Of a stretch of 64,000 bases of DNA, positions 1-9,851 are shown piece by piece. The position numbers were made by a program, and so were the translations under genes. Source of the DNA: Lysobacterales bacterium (GTDB lineage Bacteria; Pseudomonadota; Gammaproteobacteria; Xanthomonadales; Rhodanobacteraceae); NCBI GenBank assembly GCA_038233665.1, contig JBBSVJ010000001.1, forward strand, positions 13,781-77,780, in the 5' to 3' direction. Under the pieces are notes generated by a model. The model had not been told where the DNA came from. It made no database searches and saw only the letters and a list, made by a program, of their open reading frames with translations. Every line of letters begins with the position of its first letter. Position 1 is the first letter of the stretch.

Positions 1-496
1 GCAGGCGCTCGATATGCGCCGTGATGCCGTCGAGGGCATCTCGAGTATGCCGTTGCGTATCGCGCGAACCTGCGCCGATCGCCGGCTTGACAACCAACTC
101 GGCGCATTCAGAATGCTCGTCGAGGAATGATTGCAGCGCGGCCGTAGCGTCGGCATCCGGCTCGATGAAGCGGCTTGGCACGATTGCGATGCCCAGACCT
201 TGCAACGCCGCCAAATAGTGCTTGTCCGTATTCCAGCGGATCATCTCGAATGGATTGATCAGTCGGGTCACACGGCTAACGCGTTCCGCCCAGATCAGAA
301 ACTCGACGTAGCGTTCAGTGTAGTCCCAGCATGATCGCAGAACGATCAAGTCGAACTGCGACCAATCGATCGCAGCGTCGTCCCAGTCAATTATCGAAAC
401 CCTTGCACCGGAATTGAGCAGGGCGAATTCAAGCGGCGCCAGATCCTCGTCTTTCGAACGAGCAACCTGGGCAGTGACGAGTGCAATGTTCGGCAT
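1..496 (-). CDS. ATP-grasp domain protein (RimK/glutathione synthetase-like), 3' end runs off the window
   Basis: Manual translation, absent from the ORF track: MPNIALVTAQ...DWDDAAIDWSQFDLIVLRSCWDYTERY...LINPFEMIRWNTDKHYL...ELVVKPAIGAGSRD. An alternative in-frame ATG lies at 523. Confidence 0.8.
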   Translation of the reverse strand, partial: MPNIALVTAQVARSKDEDLAPLEFALLNSGARVSIIDWDDAAIDWSQFDLIVLRSCWDYTERYVEFLIWAERVSRVTRLINPFEMIRWNTDKHYLAALQGLGIAIVPSRFIEPDADATAALQSFLDEHSECAELVVKPAIGAGSRDTQRHTRDALDGITAHIERL

Positions 497-753
497 CTGG
501 GCAACCCTTAAAAAAATTGTCATCGTGCCCGCGTGGCGCGCGTTGCTCAACTCCTTGATGCCTCAGCGAAGGCCTGTCAATCGACTCAATTAAGTCGGTC
601 AATCTTATGTGGTGTTGTAATAAACAGCATCTTCTTGAACTGGATGGCTATCAATAGCCCGTGGACAGTAATAGGGTTGACGTGCGCGGATTTCGCTGCA
701 ACAAATTAGCGTTTGCGGATGTTGAGACAATGCTGTGTGCGAGCATTCCACCA

Positions 754-1947
754 CTACGCGTGTGATGCGTGGTTCACGCATGCTTGAACCCTGTTTCGAC
801 CTTTATTCTTGGCGACATAAAGCGCCTTGTCGGCGCGCACAAGCGTCTCTTCGAATGTCATCCCGGTTTGCTTCTCGCAGACGCCTGCGCTGATCGTGAA
901 ATGAATTGGCCTGCCTTCGGCCGAAAGAACGTCGGCTTCACTGCAGGACAAGCGAATTTCCTCAGCCATTGCAATGGCGATCTGCTGATCGCTCGACGGC
1001 AGGAGAATGCAGAATTCCTCTCCGCCTGTGCGCGCAACCAGGTGCTGCACGTCAGTCAGCGCTCGCAACTTGACCGCCAGATTTTCAAGTACGCGATCAC
1101 CACCGGCATGACCGAAGTGGTCATTGATCGCCTTGAAGTGATCGACATCGATAACGATGACGCTCGAATTCTGTGTTCGCTGATCTTGCTTTTTTTCCAG
1201 TGAGCGGTTTGCGCGAAAAAAGCCACGACGATTGAGTAGCCCGGTTTGCCAGTCGATCAACGCGAGATCGCCGCTGCGCGCCGCCAGCCAACCAAATTGC
1301 AAGGCCAGACAACCGACGGCAAGCGAGAGCATGAATAGAAGCGAAGTCACGCTGAACAAAGTTCGGTGATAGCCGATGTCAAGGCGTGCAGTCGTTGGCA
1401 ATACGCCTGCGACGCTTGCGTACGACCAGACAAGCACAACCAAATAGATCACCGCTGCAATTCTCAGCAAGTGATAAATACTTGCGAGCTCCACACGCGG
1501 CGCAAGTCGCAAACTCCGTTCAAGTGCAATTAGAAACAAAGCCTGTCCGGTCGCCGTAAAAAGAATGCGCATGCGGGTATTCGGCCAGATGATTTCCCAT
1601 GCCAGCAGGCTGATCAGCGGAATCGCAAAGAGCAATATAAGTATCCAGCGTCGATTGGGTTGCTGTCCAAACCTCCAGAATCCGAGCAGCAAAAAAATGC
1701 TCGATGCGCCCAGCGCCAAGTGATTGACCACAGTGAAAAACTGCACCCAAGAGTCCGCTGCCCGAATAGTGAAAGCAAAAAGCGAAATGCCGTTGAGCAG
1801 GAAACCGATTGCCCATAGCCGCGTGCCCCGTGCCTCGCTTTCCCGGCTTCCGATGTAGAGGAGCAGCCCGCCGAGCAACAGTTGTACAAATCCGCGGGAC
1901 AGCGCGAGCGTCGGAATATCAATGGGCAAGATGAAGGGATCGCTCAT
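754..1947 (-). CDS. Membrane-anchored diguanylate cyclase (GGDEF domain)
   Basis: Multiple hydrophobic helices, then DWQTGLLNRRGF, IDVDHFKAINDHFGHAGGD and ARTGGEEF. No RxxD I-site is evident. Confidence 0.92.
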   Translation of the reverse strand: MSDPFILPIDIPTLALSRGFVQLLLGGLLLYIGSRESEARGTRLWAIGFLLNGISLFAFTIRAADSWVQFFTVVNHLALGASSIFLLLGFWRFGQQPNRRWILILLFAIPLISLLAWEIIWPNTRMRILFTATGQALFLIALERSLRLAPRVELASIYHLLRIAAVIYLVVLVWSYASVAGVLPTTARLDIGYHRTLFSVTSLLFMLSLAVGCLALQFGWLAARSGDLALIDWQTGLLNRRGFFRANRSLEKKQDQRTQNSSVIVIDVDHFKAINDHFGHAGGDRVLENLAVKLRALTDVQHLVARTGGEEFCILLPSSDQQIAIAMAEEIRLSCSEADVLSAEGRPIHFTISAGVCEKQTGMTFEETLVRADKALYVAKNKGRNRVQACVNHASHA

Positions 1948-2201
1948 GGCAGAAAACGATTCGAGTGCGGGAAGTAACCTGAAAACGGGGTGTTCAGAAT
2001 TAGGAAAGAATCAGATTACCGCATCTCATTCTGGCATAACGTCAGACGCTTAACGTTGTTTCCTGGCCCGAATTTCGATGCACACAGGGGCAATCAGCTT
2101 CTTGCTGCAAGAGTATGCGGACGAGCCAGGGAAGGTGAGTCGATTAAGTCGCGCGCCCTGAGCACGGCCAGCCTGGAATCGAACCCGCGCCCGGACCCGA
2201 G

Positions 2202-2215
2202 TTGATCTAAATCAA
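2202..2215 (+). promoter_or_regulatory. FNR/Anr-type binding site
   Basis: TTGAT-CTAA-ATCAA is a perfect match to TTGAT-N4-ATCAA, 68 bp upstream of the haemoglobin start codon. Confidence 0.75.
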
Positions 2216-2282
2216 GCCGTGCGACGACCAATTGCGGCATGATCGACGGGTAGAGTCATGCCTTCATATTCTTGAGTTTTCC

Positions 2283-2756
2283 ATGTCCCAGCCGCCGTTG
2301 CTCGACGAAACCCGTATCGCTCATCTGGTTGATTGTTTCTACGCCAAGGTCAGTGCTGATCCTCTACTTGGCGCGGTGTTCAACCCGGTTGTCGATGATT
2401 GGGATGCTCACAAGCGCCTGCTGACCTCGTTCTGGTGCTCCGTCGCGCTGCGAGCGGGCACGTATCGCGGCAATCCGATGGCCATGCATCGCCCCCAGCC
2501 GATCCACAGAGAGCACTTCGATCGCTGGCTGGCCTTGTGGCGCGAAACCACCGAAGAAGTGCTCGATGCTGATTCGGCCGCCGTGATGATCGAATACGCT
2601 GGGCGCATTGGCCAAGGATTGCAGTTGGGCCTCGGCCTGCTTCCTCATCCCAAGGGTGTTCGCTCTCTCGGCATTCCGCTTGTCGCAGCAACCAGTGAGC
2701 CATCGAATGGATGGACACCTCAGTCACCCTCTCCGAAGTCCGAGAAACGGGACTGA
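2283..2756 (+). CDS. Group III truncated haemoglobin
   Basis: LVDCFYAKVSADPLLGAVF, DWDAHKRLLTSFW, YRGNPMAMH and HFDRWLALW. The start at MSQPP (2283) is preferred over the ORF-track start. Confidence 0.88.
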   Translation: MSQPPLLDETRIAHLVDCFYAKVSADPLLGAVFNPVVDDWDAHKRLLTSFWCSVALRAGTYRGNPMAMHRPQPIHREHFDRWLALWRETTEEVLDADSAAVMIEYAGRIGQGLQLGLGLLPHPKGVRSLGIPLVAATSEPSNGWTPQSPSPKSEKRD

Positions 2757-3415
2757 TGCGCGCAGAATTCTGGTTGCAGCGCTGGCAGAAAGGCCAAATC
2801 GGATTTCACCGTGACGAGGTCATGCCGTTGTTGAAAACGCATTGGCCGATGCTGTCGCTAGCGCCAGGCAGTCGCGTATTTGTTCCGCTCGCCGGCAAAT
2901 CCAAGGACATGCTGTGGCTGGCCAGTCAAGGATTTCGCGTCCTCGGTGTCGAACTGTCGCCGCTTGCCATCGAGCAGTTTTTCGATGAGAACAATCTTGA
3001 GCCGGTGATCCATGTGTCAGCCCTTGGGCAGCACTTTGTTGCCGGTGATATCGAGCTGATTTGCGCTGATGTATTGATACTCGAAGCCGAGGATCTCTCC
3101 AGTTGCGTTGCGCTATACGATCGCGCCGCACTCATCGCACTGCCTGCGCACCTGCGTCGACGCTATGCGACCCACCTGACGCAAGTGTTGCCCGCGCAAT
3201 GCCAGATGTTGTTGATTACGGTGGACTACGCGCAACCCGTGATGGACGGCCCGCCATTTTCGGTTGATGCCGAGGAAGTGCGATCGCTATACGCGGATGA
3301 CTGGGAAATTACGGCGCTCGAGCGAGATGACATTCTGTCAAGCGAGCCCAGATTTATTGCGCGAGGCTTGAGGGATCTTCATACGACCGTATTTCGGCTT
3401 TGCCGAGCTGCTTGA
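2756..3415 (+). CDS. tpm: Thiopurine S-methyltransferase
   Basis: FWLQRWQKGQIGFH, RVFVPLAGKSKDM, GVELSPLAIEQFF, YDRAALIALP and GPPFSV. The ATG overlaps the haemoglobin stop (TGATG). Confidence 0.92.
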   Translation: MRAEFWLQRWQKGQIGFHRDEVMPLLKTHWPMLSLAPGSRVFVPLAGKSKDMLWLASQGFRVLGVELSPLAIEQFFDENNLEPVIHVSALGQHFVAGDIELICADVLILEAEDLSSCVALYDRAALIALPAHLRRRYATHLTQVLPAQCQMLLITVDYAQPVMDGPPFSVDAEEVRSLYADDWEITALERDDILSSEPRFIARGLRDLHTTVFRLCRAA

Positions 3416-3458
3416 TACGCCATGGCACAGCGCACCCGGCTGGGGTCAGGAAGATCAA

Positions 3459-5282
3459 TTGTCAGACCACATTGATGGGTCGTCAGGTCGGCCTGACTGT
3501 CTTGAAGGGCGCCGTGTCGGCTCACGAAGACTGACTCTTTTTGTTCATTCGCATAGAATGAACTTTGGATTTTTCTGGTTACCCCTCATGTCGATGCGCA
3601 ACGGGCTGGCGCTCTTGCTTGCCTTGCTGATGTTCGCCTATACCGCTATCAACGCGGCGTTTCTTCAATTGACCACTATTGAATGCTGGTTTGTTCTGAG
3701 CATGATGGCGGCAAGTGCGCTTGCATTGAGCCTGTTGACGCTGCGCCCGGCAACCTCAATTGCCTTGGTCGCAGCGCTTTTCATGGGCGTGCAATATGCT
3801 GCGGTGGCGAAGTACGAACAATTGCATGAGCCGTTGCTGATTACCGATTTCCTGTATTTTTCAAGCTTCGGAATTTTCGATACGTTACGTCAGTATCCTG
3901 ATATTTCCTTGGTCGGAAAATACGTCGTTCCCTCAGTTCTCCTTACATTCTGCCTACTCTACCTCGCCGATTATCGGCTGTGGCAGAGTCGATCAGTGCC
4001 AACCCGCAGGCTCTTGCAGATCGTTGGATTTGGGCTTTCAGCCTTGCTTGTCGTGGTACTTGATTCAAGTCGGGGTCCGTTTGTCGGTGTGATCCAGAAA
4101 GATCTGTGGAGTTCGCTCAGCGACGGTAGTCATCTGTCGAATTTTCTCGTATCAATTCCGAATTCCGGCGTCGAGTTGCCGACGTTCGCGGGGTCTGCGA
4201 ATGCTGCCGACTCGTGGACTGGGGCACCAAGCAGCGTGGTGGCTCCTGAACACAAGCCGGATATTTTCATGGTGCTGGAAGAAAGTACGTTCGATCCACG
4301 AACCATGGATTTGTGTAACAAACCGGTTTGCAATCTGCCGGAGTTCTTTGATCCCGACCAGCGTACGGTAGCCTCCGGATCGTTGCTTGTGCATACCTTT
4401 GGTGGAGCGACCTATACCAGCGAATTTGCCTCACTGACCGGCTTGCCGCACACGCTGTTCGGCGCGGCGGGTCGTTACGCGCCGTACAAGCTGGCGCCAC
4501 TGATGCAGCATACGTTGCCCGATCGGCTGCGCGAACTCGGCTATCGATCCGTTGCGATCTATCCGATCTACGGAGACTTTCTCAACGCGCGCAACGCTTA
4601 TATCAACTACGGTTTCGATGGTTTCCACGATGCCGTCGAGCTCGGTCTCGACTGGGGCAGTGACGATAGTGATGTATTTGCGGCGATGGATCGCGTGCTC
4701 GTTGAAGAGCGCAAATATGGCAAGCCACTGTTCGTCTCTGTCCTCACTCTCTATCAGCACGGCCCGCACAATCATCCTTTGTCTGCGCTCGAGCCGCCGT
4801 GGAGCGCCGGGCTCTTTCCGCAGGAGCCCGATGCGCTCAATACAGCAATGACCAATTATCTGTATCGCCTGCATCGCAGTGCCAAGGCGATGCGTGCGCT
4901 TGAACCGCGCCTGCTCGATCGTCCAGAGCCCACGGTGCTGCTGCATTTTGGTGATCATGAGCCGTCCTTCGATGGCTTGCTGATGCCTCTCCCGCGCGTA
5001 CGCGTCGAGAGCGGACCACCACAATGGTCACGGACCTACTATGTGATGAAATCCAATTTGAAAGCTGCCTCGCGCCTGATCGACGTACCCGTGCTCGATA
5101 TCGCTTTCCTGCCAGGCTTGCTGCTGCAAGCGGCCGACCTTCCGCCAGGGCCGTATTTCGATGCGCAGATAGCGTTACGCAATGCCTGCTCAGGTGTATT
5201 CACGGATTGCCCCAACCAAGCGTTGCTGGACCGTTACTACGATCATGTCTTCAATCACTTGGACGTGATGCGCTCGCATTGA
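3459..5282 (+). CDS. LTA synthase family / sulfatase-fold membrane phosphotransferase
   Basis: N-terminal TM helices, then PDIFMVLEEST, FGGATYTSEF (Thr nucleophile), HGPH and HFGDHEP. The true start is probably later, around 3557-3594. Confidence 0.8.
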   Translation: MSDHIDGSSGRPDCLEGRRVGSRRLTLFVHSHRMNFGFFWLPLMSMRNGLALLLALLMFAYTAINAAFLQLTTIECWFVLSMMAASALALSLLTLRPATSIALVAALFMGVQYAAVAKYEQLHEPLLITDFLYFSSFGIFDTLRQYPDISLVGKYVVPSVLLTFCLLYLADYRLWQSRSVPTRRLLQIVGFGLSALLVVVLDSSRGPFVGVIQKDLWSSLSDGSHLSNFLVSIPNSGVELPTFAGSANAADSWTGAPSSVVAPEHKPDIFMVLEESTFDPRTMDLCNKPVCNLPEFFDPDQRTVASGSLLVHTFGGATYTSEFASLTGLPHTLFGAAGRYAPYKLAPLMQHTLPDRLRELGYRSVAIYPIYGDFLNARNAYINYGFDGFHDAVELGLDWGSDDSDVFAAMDRVLVEERKYGKPLFVSVLTLYQHGPHNHPLSALEPPWSAGLFPQEPDALNTAMTNYLYRLHRSAKAMRALEPRLLDRPEPTVLLHFGDHEPSFDGLLMPLPRVRVESGPPQWSRTYYVMKSNLKAASRLIDVPVLDIAFLPGLLLQAADLPPGPYFDAQIALRNACSGVFTDCPNQALLDRYYDHVFNHLDVMRSH

Positions 5283-5351
5283 GAATGCGTCGTTCGTTGA
5301 CGCAATGGTCTAGCGTGAAGAAGCGTCCTCGGACGATGCCTGGGTTTCTAT

Positions 5352-6008
5352 TCAGTTCATGGCGGTGCTGGGCTGATCTCTTTTCGCGAGATGCAGGAGG
5401 GATTGGGCGAGCCGAACAATCTTTGTGCCGTCATCCTCGTCGAAGTAGGTGTCGGAGTTGCGTACGAAGAAGTGGTAACGCTGATTTCGGCAGGTTTCAA
5501 TCGTTACTCGGGGTGCATCGACGAAACGGTCATTGATCCGTGGTCTTGCGTCGGCTTGCAGGATATCGGTCAATTGGCTGCTGATAATGTCGAAGCGGGA
5601 CGCGGGAACTTGCCGGGAACTTAGCGGATTCCAGCCGTAGGAGCGCCCCTCCATGGCCACCGGCAATGGGCCGAATTCGCGAACGTCGAGTGATCCGCGC
5701 AAACCCTCAATCTGCGCTTCGACAATGACCATGTCACCTCCCATGAGGCCTGGCTCGTTGAATAGCCGGTAGGATTCGCGTCCTTGATGACATTGCAGTG
5801 AATCAAGACCCCAGCTGCGCAGGAAGCGTTCGTGCTCAAGCAGTGTCCGACGTGAATCGAGGTCTGCAAAATCGAGGGTACGTTTGTCGAAACCTCGATC
5901 GACGCCGATCGGTACCAACGACTTGTATGCCGGCACACCACCGAGAAACATGCCAAGAGCAATGGCGCTTAACACGCCACAGATTTTCCCTATGCGCAGC
6001 CAGTTCAC
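5352..6008 (-). CDS. Hypothetical protein with N-terminal TM/signal segment
   Basis: GTG start at 6008, 16 bp after the ETF-QO stop. Hydrophobic N-terminus ICGVLSAIALGMFLGGV, 218 aa open frame. Confidence 0.6.
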   Translation of the reverse strand: MNWLRIGKICGVLSAIALGMFLGGVPAYKSLVPIGVDRGFDKRTLDFADLDSRRTLLEHERFLRSWGLDSLQCHQGRESYRLFNEPGLMGGDMVIVEAQIEGLRGSLDVREFGPLPVAMEGRSYGWNPLSSRQVPASRFDIISSQLTDILQADARPRINDRFVDAPRVTIETCRNQRYHFFVRNSDTYFDEDDGTKIVRLAQSLLHLAKRDQPSTAMN

Positions 6009-6024
6009 GCCCGCGTTGCGGTGT

Positions 6025-7629
6025 TCAGAGATTCTGGTAATTCGGCCCGCTGCCGCCTTCCGGTGTCGTCCAGGTGATGATTTGATAAGGATCCTTGATA
6101 TCGCAGGTTTTGCAATGAACGCAGTTGGCGGCATTGATCTGCAGACGTTTGCCGGCATCGTCCTCGACGATTTCATAAACGCCGGCCGGGCAGAAGCGTG
6201 TGCAAGGATTGTTGTATTCCACCGTGCATCGCGTCACGCAGATATCGGGGTCGGAGACTTTCAAATGAATCGGCTGGTCTTCGTCGTGCTCGGTGGCCGA
6301 GAAATAAACGCTGGCGAGACGATCACGGGGCGGCAGCGTGCGATCGGTCCAATCGCGATTCGGTGATTCGTACTCGCTGATTTTTTTCAGCGCTGAATGA
6401 TCGGCGTGATTCTTCAATGTCCAAGGCGACAGGCCTGCCGTGGCGGTTTCCCAGCCGGCATTGGCGAGGCCGAACCACAAACCCTTGTTGAATCCCGGGC
6501 GAATATTGCGCACCTTGCGCAGTTCTTGCATGACCACCGATCCACGCAGCTTCGCGTCCCAACCCTCAGCTTTGCCGGTGGCGACGATATGCTCGGCTGC
6601 AAGCATCCCTGAGCGCATGGCCTGATGGCTGCCCTTGATCTTTGGTACGTTGACCAGACCAGCCGAATCACCGATCAGCATGGCACCGGGCATCTCGACC
6701 TTGGGCATGGATTGATAGCCACCCTCGACGATGGCTCGTGAGCCAGCGGAAAGAATTTCGCCGCCTTCGAGAAGGGGTTTGATCACAGGATGATTCTTGA
6801 GTTGCTGGAACGCCTCGAAGGGCTTGAATTCGGGATCGATGTAATCGAGTCCAGCAACAAAACCAATCGCCACGCGATCCTTGTCGAGATGATAGAGAAA
6901 GCTGCCGCCATAGGTCGCCGGATCCAGGGGCCAGCCGAGCGTGTGCACGATTTTGCCGGGTTCACCGCGGCCTTCGGGGAGTTGCCATAGCTCCTTGAGG
7001 CCGATGCCGTAGGTTTGCGGATCACTGTCCGCATCAAGCTTGTAGCGCGCGATCAGTTGCTTGCTGATGCTGCCACGACAGCCCTCGCCGAGAACCGTTA
7101 TCGGGGCGAGGATATCGATACCCTCGGCATAGCTCGGTTTGTGCGAGCCATCACGTGCGACACCCATGTCGCCGATGCGAACGCCCTTGACCGCGCCCGC
7201 ATCGTCGAAGATGGCCTCACTGGCGGCGAAACCGGGAAACACATCCACGCCGAGGGCTTCGGCTTGCGGCGCCATCCAGGCACAAAGCGCGCCGAGTGAG
7301 ACAATGAAATTGCCATGGTTGTGCATCTGCGGCGGCGTGATCGGCGATTTGAACGCGCGCTCGTGATCGCGCAACCACCAGAATTCGTCCTTGGTTGCCG
7401 GTATGCAGATGGGTGGCGGATTGGCGCCCCACTCGGGCAGCAGCTCGTTGAGCGGCTCGGGTTCGATCACCGCGCCGGAAAGAATTTGTGCGCCAATCGT
7501 GGACGCTTTTTCAATCACGCAGATGTTCAAATCGGGCTTGAGCTGCTTGAGGCGGATCGCAAACGCGAGCCCGGCCGGACCGGCTCCAACGGTGATGACG
7601 TCGTATTCCATCGTTTCGCGTTCGCTCAT
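6025..7629 (-). CDS. etfD: Electron transfer flavoprotein-ubiquinone oxidoreductase
   Basis: DVITVGAGPAGL FAD motif, ILSGAVIEP, and a C-terminal 4Fe-4S region (CPAGVYE, NCVHCKTCDIKDP). Confidence 0.95.
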   Translation of the reverse strand: MSERETMEYDVITVGAGPAGLAFAIRLKQLKPDLNICVIEKASTIGAQILSGAVIEPEPLNELLPEWGANPPPICIPATKDEFWWLRDHERAFKSPITPPQMHNHGNFIVSLGALCAWMAPQAEALGVDVFPGFAASEAIFDDAGAVKGVRIGDMGVARDGSHKPSYAEGIDILAPITVLGEGCRGSISKQLIARYKLDADSDPQTYGIGLKELWQLPEGRGEPGKIVHTLGWPLDPATYGGSFLYHLDKDRVAIGFVAGLDYIDPEFKPFEAFQQLKNHPVIKPLLEGGEILSAGSRAIVEGGYQSMPKVEMPGAMLIGDSAGLVNVPKIKGSHQAMRSGMLAAEHIVATGKAEGWDAKLRGSVVMQELRKVRNIRPGFNKGLWFGLANAGWETATAGLSPWTLKNHADHSALKKISEYESPNRDWTDRTLPPRDRLASVYFSATEHDEDQPIHLKVSDPDICVTRCTVEYNNPCTRFCPAGVYEIVEDDAGKRLQINAANCVHCKTCDIKDPYQIITWTTPEGGSGPNYQNL

Positions 7630-7731
7630 GATGCTTCCCGTGTCTTCAGTTCAATGGCCATTGTCGGGGTTACCGGCGCAGGCAGCAATTGCGGAATTTG
7701 CCATAATCGGATCTCAGCCAAGAGATCAAGC

Positions 7732-9141
7732 ATGAGCACAAGCCAAGAACCCGACCTTTCCGAAGCCCGCCTGCGTGGCGCGAGCGCATTTCAACTGCTG
7801 CATTGGATGGCCGCCGGGCGGATTACCGCCGGACAGCTTCAGGCCGTTTATGCCGATGCCATCGCCGCTGAAAACAGCGCGCTGGGTGCCTATGTCTGCA
7901 TTGATGATTCTGCGCCTGAGGCCGCCCGCGAATGTGACGCGCGACGCACCGCAAAAACCGCGATCGGTCGTCTTGATGGCTTGGCCGTGGCGATCAAGGA
8001 CAATATCGATGTGGCGGGGCTGCCCACGGGGCTCGGCCTGGGCGGCCGTAAAAACCGTGTTGCAACCAGTGATGCCAGTGTGGTCGACCGTTTGCGTGCG
8101 GCGGGCGCCGTGATTCTCGGCAAGACGGCAGTCGATGAGGCGGCTCTCGGAACGACCGGCACCACCGCGGATTCGGGGCCGACCCACAATCCGCATCGTC
8201 ATGAGTTCATCGCTGGAGGATCATCTGCCGGATCAGCAGCGGCCGTTGCGGCGGGTTTGTGCAGCTTCGCCATCGGCACTGATACGCTCGGTTCGGTGCG
8301 TATTCCCGCGAGTCATTGCGGCGTTTTCGGATTGCGCCCGACGCTCGGCGAACTGTCGACAAGCGGCGTGGTGCCTGCGGCACGTCGACTCGACAGCGTC
8401 GGTATTCTCGCCCGCTCGGTGCAGGATTTGGCCATCGTGCTGCAAGTGCTCGCTGCCTATGATCTTGAGGATGTGCGATCGCGCCGGCGGCGCGTCGCGT
8501 TGTCGCCGCCGGATTGGGAGCCAGGAAAGTTGCGCAGCGGATTCATCGCCAACCTGCCAGCCCTTGGGGTTAGCCCGGATGTCTGCGCCGTATTCGCCGG
8601 CGCGATCGATTTGCTTGCGCTGGAGCTTGGCGAGCGTAGTGATGCCGATTTGCGTGATTATGATTTCACGCGCATGCGTCGGGCCGCCTTGTTGATCATG
8701 GAAAGCGAGCTTGCCTGCGAGTTGGAAGCCGATATTGACAACGGCGCGCATCCGCTTTCACCGCGATTGCGCGACATGCTCGGCTTTGCGCGCAGCAAAT
8801 CCGCAATTGCCTACGCCGCCGCCGATCGCATGCTCGATCAGGCTGTCCTCACCGCTCGTCATGTGTTCGAGCAGATTGATGTACTGGTTTTGCCAACGGT
8901 TTCGCACGGACCCTATCGGATTGGCGAAACCGAGCGCGCCGGCGATGCCGATCTGTGTAGCTTCGCCAGCCTGGCGGGCTGTCCGGCGATCAGCTTGCCG
9001 ATGGGTATTCTGGAGAACGGCATGCCAATCGGCATGCAACTGGTGGGTGCGCCGGGATCGGATCTGCGGCTGCTCGAACTGGCTGAGGTGTGTGCATCGC
9101 GGCTCGATGCGACGCCGAACTATCCGGTGTTACCGCGCTGA
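7732..9141 (+). CDS. Amidase signature family protein
   Basis: AIKDNID (Lys), GGSSAGSAAAV and GTDTLGSVRIPA give an intact Ser-cisSer-Lys triad. The start at MSTSQEP avoids overlap with etfD. Confidence 0.88.
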   Translation: MSTSQEPDLSEARLRGASAFQLLHWMAAGRITAGQLQAVYADAIAAENSALGAYVCIDDSAPEAARECDARRTAKTAIGRLDGLAVAIKDNIDVAGLPTGLGLGGRKNRVATSDASVVDRLRAAGAVILGKTAVDEAALGTTGTTADSGPTHNPHRHEFIAGGSSAGSAAAVAAGLCSFAIGTDTLGSVRIPASHCGVFGLRPTLGELSTSGVVPAARRLDSVGILARSVQDLAIVLQVLAAYDLEDVRSRRRRVALSPPDWEPGKLRSGFIANLPALGVSPDVCAVFAGAIDLLALELGERSDADLRDYDFTRMRRAALLIMESELACELEADIDNGAHPLSPRLRDMLGFARSKSAIAYAAADRMLDQAVLTARHVFEQIDVLVLPTVSHGPYRIGETERAGDADLCSFASLAGCPAISLPMGILENGMPIGMQLVGAPGSDLRLLELAEVCASRLDATPNYPVLPR

Positions 9142-9228
9142 TCTGATTTCTCCCGTTGATCCAATGGCTTGCTGAATGGCTCGCAATTCAAATACGTTGT
9201 AATACATCGCATTCGTTTGTTGGAAGCA

Positions 9229-9505
9229 ATGGCGATGAGCGTGACCACCTTAAGACTCCAGCCGGACGTTGAAATTGGGCGAAGATTTCGCTGAAAAGCT
9301 GCAGCGGAGCAAAAGCTGGATCATCAATCAGGCGCTGAAAGCGTTCGTCGAGAGACAGAGTCTCGAGCAAAGCCGCTGGCAGGAAACCCTGATCGCGATT
9401 GAGTCTGTCGCCCGGGGCAAATTGATTCCAGGTGACGATGTGCATAGTTGGCTGCGAAGTTGGGGCAGCAGCGACGAAATTCCGCCGCCCGCCAACAAAC
9501 AGTGA
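9229..9505 (+). pseudogene. CopG/RHH antitoxin, frameshifted
   Basis: MAMSVTTLRLQPDVEIG continues after a frameshift at about 9280 as EDFAEKLQRSKSWIINQALKAFVERQ...VHSWLRSWGS. The first frame stops at 9292-9294. Confidence 0.75.
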
Positions 9506-9788
9506 AACTTGGCTACTCGCAGGAGGCGGTGGTTGATCTCCTCCGCTTGGGTGAGTTGATCGCGGAGAAAAATCCTTCAGCGGCTACCTGCATTGCCAAT
9601 GAGTTGATCGCTCGCGTCGAAAATCTCTGCCTGTTTCCGAAAACTGTGTCGAAGTTCCAAATGCTCTGATAGCCGGCGCGATTCGCGACATCATTTTTGG
9701 TAGCTACGATGTTCGCTACGCGGCACACAAAGAAGCGATCGTCATCCTGCGACTCTGGCATCATCCAGAAAATCGAATGCAAAGCTGA
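9502..9788 (+). pseudogene. RelE/ParE family toxin, frameshifted
   Basis: The GTG overlaps the antitoxin stop. MKLGYSQEAVVDLLRL...ENLCLFPKT continues after a frameshift at about 9645 as VEVPNA...IRDIIFGSYDVRY...IVILRLWHH. Confidence 0.75.
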
Positions 9789-9851
9789 TCGCCACCATAC
9801 ACTGGTGGCCGCGTGAATTCGGCTCACGACAACCCACGCCAAGGAATCGAC

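Noticed and set aside
1-496. Linking the ATP-grasp gene to the Anbu system
   Set aside because: It is 54 kb away and looks like a RimK-like enzyme, not the circularly permuted type that accompanies Anbu.
2081-2127. CACAGGGGCAAT...GGACGAGCC resembling a c-di-GMP-I riboswitch near the GGDEF gene
   Set aside because: It lacks the GNRA loop/receptor and convincing stems, and it is on the opposite strand to the cyclase.
2175-2186. GGAATCGAACCC, the reverse complement of a tRNA T-loop
   Set aside because: There is no T-stem, anticodon arm or acceptor stem around it.
7315-7731. ORF-track N-terminal extension of the amidase
   Set aside because: It overlaps etfD on the opposite strand. The amidase-like sequence begins at 7732.
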